A DNA stretch of 64,000 nt from Squalus acanthias. Its lineage: Eukaryota. The notes beneath the pieces were generated by a model, which was given only the letters and a program-made list of their open reading frames with translations, did not search any database and was not told the DNA's origin. The translations under genes and the position numbers were made by a program. The number at the start of each line of letters is the position of its first letter. Within the stretch, counting starts at the first letter, position 1. Location: contig CM059432.1 in NCBI GenBank assembly GCA_030390025.1, positions 22,632,001 to 22,696,000 of the forward strand, given 5' to 3'. Shown here one piece after another: positions 11,191-23,710 of the stretch.

Positions 11191-12974
11191 AAAAATACAG
11201 AAACAAATAAAGAATACACAATGGTTGAGACACTATAGTATTCTTTGTCCCAGACAGACAAAGATTTGCTGGCCTCAGGACCACTAGCATCCTCTCACAG
11301 ATTCCTTATGAAGCCCAATTTGAAAACTTGTTGGTGTGAACTCACATTTAAAGAATGGCTACTCGGACAGGCTGGTAGCACATACCTGAGTCAGGGTGAG
11401 GGAAAGTAGAAAAAGACCAAAGTTTGGAGTGCCCACACTCTTGGAAGTCTATATAAATCTGTACAGATTACTGTGTTAGATGTCTGTAAGAATTAGATCT
11501 GTGATGTGAATACATTACCATATAAATTTGTCTTAAAAATAATTCAGCCAATTTAGATGCACAGCAAACATTCTGCATGTTGAATTATTTATTACCATTA
11601 TCATTCATAATGTTTACAGGATACTTATCGTGATTCTAGTTTCAGAGATGTGAGTGCTTGAAAATAAATGTTTTTTCGACAGAAACTAGCAAAACCTGCT
11701 ACTCAAAGGTTTGGATATTTTGTCCTTCTGAGCCAGTGAACCTCACACAGCAATAAAATAACTTGAGCCACACATTCTGGCACATTGAATGAAATCATTC
11801 CTTGGCATAACTTATAGTCAACAAGTCAGCTTCTAGAGAGTCAGAAGTCACAGAAGGAATGGGAATTAACCTTATCAATGATTGATTGCGGCTACCTTCC
11901 TTAAGCTTTATCTGTCCCCAAGACTGACAAGGTGAGCACAGGAAGGTAAGGGATGATGCAAGATGAAAAGGGCAGCTGCCAGACTATTCCCATCTGCCTT
12001 CATGTCAGGGAGATACTGCGCTAGACATTTGGGCCCCACCGCTCCCCCTTCCCCCCCAACCCACCCGGGCAGATTAATTACCCTACACACAAATGGTGAG
12101 GTCTGAGGAGCCCTGAACATTGGGCCTCAGACCTCTTTGACATAGAGATGAGCTGGTTGCCTCAGAGCAAACCAGTGTTGCAGTGGGGACCTGAAGCAGG
12201 CGTTAGGTCCCTTATTTGCATATGCAAATAGCCTACTGCTTGCTTCAAGGAAGGGCGAAGGATTCCTCTTTTATTTTCTTACCCAATCTGGTGGACGGCG
12301 CACTTTCAAGTCAGAAGTGTGTGCGCACTTCCTGCCCACCATTTTGGGGCCTTAGGAGGCCATGTAGACCCCATTACTAGGCCACTGAGTCTCCGAGCAC
12401 CAGTGATATTAATCAGAGCGTACAGATTCTGACTTGGTATCACCCACTTGAACCTTTCTGTGCTTGATATGCTAAATCATTTTTCCTTGTTAAAAAAACA
12501 CGGTTAATCTTGGAGAAGATGCAACGTATAAAATATGCCTCAGAAAGAAGAGTGCTAGCCAAGCTCAGCTTTCTATAGTAATCTTGCTACAAAATTACTG
12601 AAATGATTAAATAAAAGAACTGGAACTGGATAAACACTTAAGGAGAGACTTTGATTCCCTCAGCCTGACGGAAGCTGGGCGGTAGGGGAGTTAAAATTAA
12701 AGTGGTCCACTTACCGCTCTTTTTCCATCCCACAGATATTTTCAAGCTGAGCAGCCAACTCGCCCACCTGACTCAGGTGGGTGCCTCATGAATTTATGCT
12801 TGTTGGGGTCCTATTATGTAACTAGAAACCCAAAGCCATTTTAACGGCATACTAGGTGAGCATCCGTTGTGGGAGCACTGCTCTGTAGAAGTGATCTTCC
12901 GGACCCCACAAAAATAATTTGGGCTGCTGCTGCCCTGGGCTTCCCCCCATCCGTGTTCCCCCAAAGTCCTCCTA

Positions 12975-15777
12975 TAAGAACATAAGAACATAAGAAATAG
13001 GAGCAGGAGTAGGCCATTTGGCCCCTCGAGCCTGCACCGCCATTCAATAAGATCACGGCTGATCTTTTACCTCAACTCCACTTTCCTGCACTTTCCGCAT
13101 ATACCTTGATTCCCTTAATATCCAAAAATCTATTGATCTCTGTCTTGAATATACTCAATGAGTGAATCTCCACAGCCCTCTAGGGCAGAGAATTCCAAAG
13201 ATTCACCACCCTCTGGTGAAGAAATTTCTCCTCAACTCAGTCCTAAATGGCCGACCCCTTATTCTGAGACTGTGACCCCTGGTTCTAGACTCCCCAGCCA
13301 GGGGAAACATCCTCCCTGCATCTATCCTGTCAAGCCCTGTAAGAATTGTGTATGTTTCAATGAGATCAGCTCTCATTCTTCTAAACTCTAGAGAATATAG
13401 GCCTAGTCTACTCAATCTCTCCTCACAGGACAATCCCCCCATCCCAGGAATCAGTCTGGTGAACCTTTGTTGCACTCCCTCTATGGCAAGTATATCCTTC
13501 CTTAGGTAAGGAGACCAAAACTGTACACAGTACTCCAGGTGTGGTCTCACCAAGGCCCTATATAATTGTAGTAAGATGTCTTTACTCTTATACTCAAATC
13601 CACTTGTCATAAAATCCAACATACATTTGCTTTCCTAATTGCTTGCTGTACCTGCATATTAACTTTCAGTGATTCATGTACAAGGACACCCAGGTCCTTC
13701 TGAACACCAACATTTCCCAATCTCTCACCATTTAAAAAACACTCTGCTTTTCTACTTTTCCTACCAAAATGGATAACATCACATTTCCCCACATTATATT
13801 CCATTTGCCATGTTTTTGCCCACTCACTTAGCTTGTCTATATCCCCTTGAAGCCTCTTTGCATCCTCCTCACAATTACATTCCCACCCAGCTTTGTATCA
13901 TCAGCAAACTTGGATATATTACATTTGGTCCCCTCATCCAAATCATTGATATGGATTGTGAATAGCTGAGGCCCAAGCACTGATCCTTGTGGTACCCCAC
14001 TAGTTAAAGCCTGCCAACCCGAAAATGACCCGTTTAATCCTATTCTCTGTTTTCTGTCTGTTAACCAATCCTCAATCTATGCTAGTATATTACCCCCAAT
14101 CCCATGAGCCCTAATTTTGTTTAATAACCTCTTGTGTGGCACCTTATCGAATGCCTTCTGAAAATCTAAATAAACCACATCCACTGGTTCCCCCTTATCT
14201 GTTCAGCTAGTTACAACCTCAAAAAACTCTAACAGATTCGTCAAACACGATTTCCCTTTCATAAATCTGTGTTGACTCTGCCCAATCCTATTATTATTTT
14301 CAAAGTGCCCTGTTACCACATCCTTAATAATAGATTATAGCATTTTCCCTACTACTGAAGTCAGGCTAACTGGTCTGTAGTTCCCCATTTTCTCTCTCCC
14401 TTCTTTCTTAAATAGTGGGGTTACATTTGCTACCTTTCAATCGCGGGAACCCTTCTGGAATCTATGGAATTTTGGAAAATGACAACCAATGCATCCACTA
14501 TCTCTATAGCCACCTCTTTCAAAACCCTAGGATGTAGGCCATCAGATTCAGGGGATTTATCGGCTTTCAGTCTCATTAATTTCTCCAGTACTTTTTTTTA
14601 CTAATACTAATTTCTTTCAGTTCCTCGTTCTTGCTAGACCCTTGGTTCTCCACTATTTCCGAGAAGTTTTTTTACCTTCTTCCATGAAGACAGATACTAT
14701 GGCCGCAATTTTGCAAATGGATGCGACTTGGGAGTGGGTCAGCTGGTTTTCGGGTTCCAGTTCCGCCCCCAACTGCATCCGGCCAACGAACGTGATTTTC
14801 CCTTGATTGACCTTGTTAAGCCCGCATTGCGGGCTTGCCGGCCAATTAAGAGGAAGCCGGTCAGATGACGGCATTTAATGACGCATCATCTGCCGGTTTT
14901 CTTAAAGGGACCACGCACAATTTTTTTTTGACAGCTCATTTCTCAGTGTTTGACAGCATTGAGGTGCTGCAAACACTGACAATCACAGTACAAAGGTGAG
15001 CTCTTGCACCCAGACTCTCCAATGACTCCCTCCTTAGACTAGAACATATGGCAGCTGCAGGTGAGGTTACAGAAGCGGTCTGTTACTCATGAGAGAGGTT
15101 CTCTCAATGAGGTGGGACTAGATATCCAATTCAAAACTTGTTACCTACAGAAAAGTGTGACTGCTTTAAAAATGATTTTCCCAACATTTTCTTACCTCTG
15201 AAGCTCACCAGTGCACCATTGAATCCTTCACACCACTTCTGCAGCTGTCATCAATGCAGAAACATTACAGCAGACTCACAACATGCTACACTTACCTGGC
15301 GTGGTGTCCGGAACCCCGAGGCAGAAGCGACAAAATTGAAATAGAGCCTGTTAACAAGTATTAAGTACCTGTTAACAGGCAGGTAAGTGGCTATAATCCT
15401 CTTCCCACTGCTAGGTGTCGGGTCCATGCACAAATCGAGGACCTGACACTTGGGAAGATTGATTGGAGGCGGGTTGACAGCGGGTTTCCTACCCGCTGTC
15501 AATCTTTGCTATTTTGACAGCGGTCCCGCCTCCAATCCCGCACTCTGAGGACCGACAAAATTCCAGCCAAAGTATTTATTTAATTTCTCTGCCATTTCCT
15601 TATTCCCCATTATAATTTCTCCTGTCTCGCCCTGTAAGGGACCTACATTTTCTTTCGCTAATCTTTTCCTTTTTACATACCTATAGAAGCTTTTACAATC
15701 TGTTTTTATGTCTCTCACTAGTTTACTCTCATATTCTATTTTCCCTTTCTTTATCAATTTCTTGGTCCTCCTTTGCA
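12975..15777 (-). mobile_element. Degenerate CR1 (RT region to 3' tail), split by a MITE at 14701-15568
   Basis: RT fragments in ORFs 13203-13622, 13607-13804 and 15509-15778; tail (TTCTTATG)n; sequence resumes colinearly after 15568. Confidence 0.9.
14701..15568. mobile_element. Non-autonomous Harbinger-type element (MITE)
   Basis: TIRs GGCCGCAATTTTG / CAAAATTCCAGCC; interrupts a CR1; ends resemble 59032-60710 (inverted) and 38500-38690; no clean TSD. Confidence 0.75.
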
Positions 15778-17543
15778 CCCCCTATCTGTGTTCCCCAAAA
15801 TCCTCCCATAACCCACCACGCCCAGATGACTTAACCTGCTGCTGGGCAGGCAGCCTCAGGACGCCTGTTTGGGGCAGGCAGCTCCCCAGATCCATTTAAA
15901 TGAGGCCTGGTTGTCAAAACAGACCCGGCCGCCACAGCAAGAGTGTTCCCTCTTGTTCTGCCGGCTGTCTCCCTGGGAGTTAACATTCCCTCTTAAAAGC
16001 TAGACCTCCTGGTTAAATTGCTAAGAGAATTTTTGGAGGGTAAGTTTGCCTTAGTAAGCAGTGCAAAGTACGATTGTTTAAAACTAATGTGTAGGAAGAT
16101 GAAAAAGCAGTGTGCCAAAAGGCAAAAAGCAGAGGAATGATAAGGCTCTTTGAACTGACGGGGAAAGGTAAATGAAGGATTACCGCTCGAAGCTAACACA
16201 GGAATGGGATTGCCTAAAATGTATATAACTTCAAGTTAATTAACTATATAATTTACAATGGGGCACAACATCTACTGTCCCAGGCAAGAAACCTTCAAAA
16301 CTGAATCCAACTGTGACAGGGGGGTTTGAGTGACAGAGAGAGCCCTACAGCCCAATCCTACATTGACTGCGTGGGGAGCCAACTCTGTAATTGCTAGGCT
16401 ACCAGGAAACCTTCAAAGCCTGCTCTGTAATAATCAGCGTTGAAACATTTATTATTTTCACAGCTATGCATGATAGGAAAGAAATGTCTGTTTTGAAACC
16501 TTATACACAATCAATTTTAAAGGTTTCACGAGTAATCCCATTGCCACAACAGTGGTTGCTGCTGCCTTTTTTGTTTTAAAGTGAAAAAGACAGTGAATGG
16601 CTTTCTCTCAATCTTTCTGCAGTATCACAGACCGATTCTGCACTGCATTGCGAGTGTCACACTCAGTTTCACCTTGTTCTCTCTCGGACCTTTTCTATAA
16701 TTGCCTTCAAATTATTCTTGGCATCCTATAAGTCCATCCTAATGATGCTTCAAACCTGCTTACTTTTAGATTACCTAATTCAACATTTACCTGTTGGATC
16801 CACAGTCATATGGGAATTTAACAATTTGGTAAAAGCCTACAGATAAGGTGACCCACCCCATTACGTTTATTGGCAATCAATAACCATTTTCTCTCCTCTA
16901 ACCTTTCTCTCACACAGTCTCATTATTCAACTGCCTGTGCCAAATGGCTTCTTCATGTTAGAAGCTACCTCAATAAATTGAAAGTGATACACGTTCTGCC
17001 TCAGTAACATGATTATTCAAATTCAATCTGCTCTTAATTGTTTGGAACTTTGGCAGGTAAACAAACAGCCTTGATAATGAAAGGTGAACTGCATTTCATT
17101 GTGCAGTTCTCGCTCAAGAACGTTGCAAGAGACAACAGAACTGATTTCCTCTCTAGACGTAGAGAATGTTCAGTTCCGAGAAGAAAAAAATAGTGGAGAC
17201 TTGTGACACATTAGTCTCTGCTCCCTTTTACAGGGATTTTCAACGTTACTTACTGGATGAACTTACTGAACCATTAGGGAAAGCTTTTAGCCTTTTCTAT
17301 ATGCATAAATGCATTGCTGGGATACCTACACATCATAAAAGTCAGTCAAGAAACAGAGGAGTGATTTCTGAGCCCCAGTTATATAACAGCTGATTTAAAT
17401 AGAAAGAGTGAATGAAGGTACAAGAAACACCCACCTTACTGGATACGGCAAAGGGTGCAGGAACCATCTGAAAGGACTCTTACTTTTTGGTCAAAAAATA
17501 ACCCACAACTTGAAAGTAAACAAACAGCCTTGATACTGAAAGG

Positions 17544-19467
17544 ATTCAGCAAAGGAGGACAAAGGGATTAATTAAGAGGGGGAAATAAAGTATGAGAGTA
17601 AGCTTGCAGGGAACATAAAAACTGACTGTAAAAGCTTCTATAGATATGTGAAGAGAAAAAGATTGGTGAAGTCAAGCGTAGGGCCCTTGCAGTCAGAATC
17701 AGGGGAATTTATAATGGGGAACAAAGAAATGGCAGACCAATTAAATACATACTTTGGTTCTGTCTTCACAAAGGAGGACACAAATAACCTCCCAGAGATG
17801 TCGGGGAACATAGGGTCTAATGAGAGGGAGGAACTGAATGAAATCAGTATTTGTAGGGAAATGGTGTTAGGGAAATTGATGGGATTGAAGGCCGATAAAT
17901 CCCCAGGGCCTGATAATCTACATCCTAAGGTACTTAAGGAAGTGGCCCTAGAAATAATAGATACCTTGCTGGTCATCTTCCAAAATTCTATAGACTCTGG
18001 AACAGTTCCCATGGATTGGAGGGTAGCTAATGTAACCCCACTATTTAAAAAAGGTGGTAGAGAAAAAATGGGGAGTTATAGACCGGTAAGCCTGACATTG
18101 GTAGTGGGGAAAATGCTAGAGTCCATTATAAAAGATGTAATAGCACAGCACTTGGAAAACAGTGACAGGATCGGACAAAGTCAACATAGATTTGCAAAAG
18201 GTAAATCGTGCTTGACTAGTCTACTGGAATTTTTTGAGGATGTAACTGGTAGAATAGATAAGGGAGAACCAGTTGATGTGGTGTATTTTGACTTTCAAAA
18301 GGCTTTCGATAAGAGATTAGCGTGCAAAGTTAAAGCACATGGGATTGGGGGTAAGGTTCTGACTTGGATAGAGAACTGGTTGGCAGACGGGAAGCAAAGA
18401 GTTGGAATAAACGGATCTTTTTTCCGAGTGGCAGGCAGTGACTAGTGGGGTACCACAGGGATCGGTGCTAGGACCCCAGTTATTCACAATATATATTAAT
18501 GATCTAGACGAGTGAACTAGATGTAATATCTCCAAATTTGCAGACGACACAAAGCTGGGTGGGCGTGTGTGCTGTGAGGAGGATTCAGAGAAACTCCAGT
18601 ATGATTTGGACAGGTTGGGTGATTGGGCAGATGCATGGCAGATGCAGTATAATGTGGATAAATGCGAGGTTATCCACTTTGGTGGCAAAAACAGGAAGGC
18701 AGATTATTATCTGAACGGCAATAGATTGGGAAAAGGGGAAGTGCAATGAGACCTGGGTGTCCTTGTGCACCAGTCGCTGAAGGTAAGCATGCAGGTGCAG
18801 CAGGCGGTTAAGAAGGCAAATGGTATGTTGGCCTTCATAGCGAGAGGATTCGAGTACAGGAGCAAGGATGTCTTGCTGCAGTTGTACAGGGCCTTGGTGA
18901 GACCACACCTTGAGTATTGTGTGCAGTTTTGGTCGCCTTATCTGAGGAAGGATGTTCTTGCCATGGAGGGAGTGCAGCGAAGATTCACCAGACTGATACC
19001 TGGGATGACAGGAATGACATATGAAGAGAGATTGGGGCGATTGGGCTTGTATTCGCTAGAGTTTAGAAGAATGAGAGGGGATCTCATTGAAACTTATAAA
19101 ATTCTAACAGGACTGGACAGACTAGATGCAGGAAGGATGTTCCCGATGGCGGGGGAGTCCAGAACCAGGGGTCACAGTCTAAGGATAAGGGGTAAGCCAT
19201 TTAGGACTGAGATAAGGAGGAATTTCTTCACCCAGAGAGTGGTGAACCTGTGGAATTCTCTACCACAGAAGGCAGTTGAGGCCAATTCATTAAATATATT
19301 CAAGAAGGAGTTAGATATATTTCTTAAGGCTAAAGGGATCAAGGGATATGGGGAGAAAGCAGGGACAGGGTACTTAATTTGGATGATCAGCCATGATCTC
19401 ATTAAATGGCGGAACAGGCTTGAGGGGCCGAATGGCCTACTCCTGCTCCTATTTTCTATTTTTTTAT
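17544..19467 (+). mobile_element. 5'-truncated CR1 (RT region), frameshifted
   Basis: ORFs 17648-18445, 18567-18749 and 18765-19514 carry consecutive RT motifs; CR1 3' hairpin. Confidence 0.93.
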
Positions 19468-19985
19468 ATGAACAGCATTTCATTGTGCAGTTCTCGCTCT
19501 TACATCTAGGCTGACACTCCAATGCAGGAATGAGAGTATCCCGCACTTGCCTACATTTGCCTACAACCCTCTAAATTGCACTGATATGACTCTCTGAACA
19601 TGACGAGCAATACAGAAATGTACATTCTTGTTTGGTTTATTGTAAATTACGAACCCATCTGCCTCAACAAGTGAATGTCAAAGGTGACACTGCTCAAAGA
19701 AGAGTAGAAAATTCTCCCAGTGTCTTGGGTTTTGAGGGTTTTGAAAGAGTTGGCTATAGAGATAGTGGATGCATTGGTTGGCATTTTCCAAAATTCCATA
19801 GATTCTAGAATGGTTCCCGCAGATTGGAAGGTAGCAAATGTAACCCCACTATTTAAGAAAGGAAGGAGAGAGAAAACGGGGAACTACAGACCAATTAACC
19901 TGACATCAGTAGTAGGGAAAATGCTAGAATCTATTATTAAGGACGTGGTAACAGGGCACTTGGAAAATAATAATAGGATTGGGCA

Positions 19986-22417
19986 TAGAAAACATAGAAA
20001 CATAGAAGATAGGAGCAGGAGTAGGCCATTCGGCCCCTCAAGCCTGCTCCGCCATTCGATGAGATCATGGCTGATCATCTAAACTCAGTACCCTGTACCT
20101 GCCTTCTCCCCATATCCCTTGATACCTTTAGTTTTAAGAAATATATCGAACTCATCCTTGAATATATTTAATGACTTCGCCTCAACTACCTTCTGTGGTA
20201 GAGAATTCCACAGGTTCACCACTCTCTGGGTGAAGAAATTCTTCCTCATTTCTGTCCTAAATGGTTTACTCGTTATCCGTAGATTATGACCCCTGGTTCT
20301 GGACTCTCCGACCATCGGGAACATTCTTCCTGCATCTAGTTTGCCCAGACCTGTCAGAATTTTATATGTTTCGATGAGATCCCCTCTCATTCTTCTATAC
20401 TCCAGTGAGTATAAGCCGAATCGACCCAATCTCTCCTCATATGTCATTCCTGCCATCCCAGGTATCAGCCTTGTGAATCTTTGCTGAACTCCTTCCATGG
20501 CAAGAACATCCTTCCTCAGATAAGGCGACCAAAACTGCACACAATACTCAAGGTGTGGTCTCACCAAGGCCCTGTACAACTGCAGCAGGACATCCCTGTT
20601 CCTATACTCAAACCCTTTCGCTATGAAGGCCAACATACCATTTGCCTTCTTCACCGCCTGCTGCACCTGCATGCTTACTTTCAGCGACTGGTGCACAAGG
20701 ACACCCAGGTCTCGTTGCACTTCCCCTTCTTCCAATCTATTGCCATTCAGATAATAGTCTGCCTTTCTGTTTTTGACACCAAAGTGGATAACCTCGCATT
20801 TATCCACGTTATATTGCATCTGCCACGCTTCTGCCCACTCACCCAACCTGTCCAGATCATCCTGGAGTTTCTCGCTATTCTCCTCGCTGCACACACTCCC
20901 ACCCAGCTTTGTGTCATCTGCAAACTTGGAGATATTACATTTAATTCCCTTATCTAGATCATTAATGTATATTGTGAATAGCTGGGGTCCAAGGACCGAT
21001 CCCTGCGGTACCCCACTAGTCACTGCTTGCCACTCGGAAAAAGACCCATTAATTCCTATTCTCTGCTTTCTGTCCGCCAACCAGTTCTCTATCCAAGCCA
21101 ATACCATGCCCCCAATCCCATGTGCCTTAACTTTACCCGCTAATCTCTTATGCGGGACCTTATCGAAAGCCAATTGAAAGTCCAAATACACCACATCTAC
21201 TGGTTCTCCCTTATCTATTTTCCCAGTTACATCCTCAAAAAATTCCAGTAGATTAGTCAAGCACGATTTACCTTTTGTATATCCATGTTGACTTTGTCCG
21301 ATCATGTCACTGTTTTTCAAATGCTCAGCTATTACATCCTTTATAATGGACTCTAGCATTTTCCCCACTACCGATGTCAGGCTTACCGGTCTGTAATTCC
21401 CCACTTTCTCTCTACCACCCTTTTTGAATAGTGGGGTAACATTAGCTACCCTCCAATCCATGGGTACAGTTCCAGATTCCATCGAATGTTGGAAGATGAT
21501 CAGCAATGCATCTACTATTTCTAGGGCCACTTCCTTAAGTACCCTAGGATGTAGATTATCAGGCCCTGGGGATTTATCGGCCTTCAATACCGTCAATTTC
21601 CCTAACACCATTTCCCTGCAAATACTGATTTCTTTCAGTTCCTCCCTTTCATCAGACCGTATGTTCTCCAACATCTCTGGGAGGTTATTTGTGTCCTCCT
21701 TTGTGAAGACAGAACCAAAATATGCATTTAATTGGGCTGCCATTTCTTTGTTCCCCATTATAACTTCCCCCGCTTCTGACTGCAAGAGACCTACACTTGA
21801 TTTCACTAATCTTTTTCTCTTCACATATCTATAAAAGCTCTTACAGTCAGTTTTTATGTTCCCAGAAAGCTTACTTTCATATTCTATTTTCCCCTTCTTA
21901 ATTAATCCCTTTGTCCTCCTTTGTTGAATCCTAAACTGTTCTCAATCCTCAGGGCTACCGCTTTTTCTGGCCAATTTATATGCCCTCTCCTTGGATCTTA
22001 TGCTATCCCTAATTTCCCTTGTTAGCCACGGTTGAGTCACCCTTTTTGTTTTATTCTTATGCCACACTGGGATGTACAAATTCTGTAGTTCATCCATGCA
22101 GTCTTTGAATGTTTGCCATTGCCTATCCACCGTCAACCCCTTGAGTGACATTCCCCAATCAATCCTACCCAATTCGCGCCTCATACCATCGTAGTTTCCT
22201 TTATTTAAATTCAGGACCCTAGTCTCTGATTCAACTACTTCACTCTCCATCCTAATGAAGAATTCTATCATATTATGATCACTCTGACCCAAGGGGCCTC
22301 GTACAACAAGATTGCTAATTAATCCTTTCTCGTTGCATAATACCCAGTCTAAGATGGCCTGATCTCTGGTTGGTTCCTCGACATATTGTTCCAGAAAACC
22401 ATCTCGTAAACATTCTA
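19986..22417 (-). mobile_element. 5'-truncated CR1 nested antisense in the host CR1
   Basis: 579-aa RT ORF 20085-21824 plus partial APE 21942-22430, separated by a stop; tail (TTTCTATG)n; GCA present at both junctions. Confidence 0.93.
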
Positions 22418-23710
22418 GCAAAGTCAACACGGATTTATGAAAGGGAAATCGTGTTTGATAAATCTGTGACTAGCAGAATAGACAAGGGGGAGCCAGTGGA
22501 TGTGGTGTATTTGGATTTTCAGAAGGCATTCGATAAGGTGCCACACAAGAGGTTATTAAACAAAATTAGGGCTCATGGGACTGGGGGTAATATATTAGCA
22601 TTGATTGAGGATTGGTTAACGGACAAAAAACAGAGAGTAGGAATAAATGGGTCATTTTCGGGTTGGCAGGCTGTAACTAGTGGGGTACCGCAAGGATCAG
22701 TGCTTGGGCCTCAGCTATTGACAATCTACATCAATGATTTGTATGAGGGGACCAAATGTAATATATCCAAGTTTGCTGATGATACAAAGTTGGGTGGGAA
22801 TGTAAGTTGTGAGGAGGATGCAAGGAGGCTTCAAGGGGATATAGACAGGCTAAGTGATAGGGCAAGAACATATCAAATGGAATATAATGTGGAGAAATGT
22901 GAAGTTATCCACTTTGGTAGGAAAAATAGAAAAATAGAAAAGCTGAGTATTTTTAAATGATGAGAGATTGGGAAATGTTGGTGTTCAGAGGGACCTGGGT
23001 GTCCTTGTACACAAATCACTGAAAGTTAACATGCAGGTACAGCAAGCAATTAGGAAAGCAAATGGTATGTTGACCTTTATTACAAGAGGATTTGAGTATA
23101 AGAGTAAAGACGTTTTACTGCAATTATATAGCGCCCTGGTGAGACCACACCTGGAGTATTGTGTACAGTTTTGGTCTCCTTACCTAAGGAAGGATATACT
23201 TGCCATAGAGGGAGTGCAACGAAGGTTCACCAGACAGGTTCCTAGGATGGGGAAATTGTCCGATGAGGAGAGATTGAGTAGACTCGGCCTATATTCTCTA
23301 GAGTTTAGAAGAATGAGAGGTGATCTCATTGAAACATACAAAATTCTTACAGGGTTTGACAGGATAGATGCAGGGATAGGATGTTTTCCCTGGCTGGGGA
23401 GTCTAGAACCAGGGGTCACAGTCTCAGAATAAGGGATCTGCCATTTAGGACTGAGATGAGGAGAAATTCCTTCACTCAGAGGGCGGTGAATCTTTGGAAT
23501 TCTCTGCCCCAGAGGGCTGTGGAGGCTCAGTCATTAAGTATACTCAAGACAGAGATCGATAGATTTTTGAATATCAAGGGAATCAAGGGATATGGGAATA
23601 GTTCAGGAAAGTGGAGATACATAGATACATAGAAGATAGGAGCAGGAGTAGGCCATCCGGCCCTTCGAGCCTGCTCCGCCATTTAATGAGATCATGGCTG
23701 ATCCTCCAAT

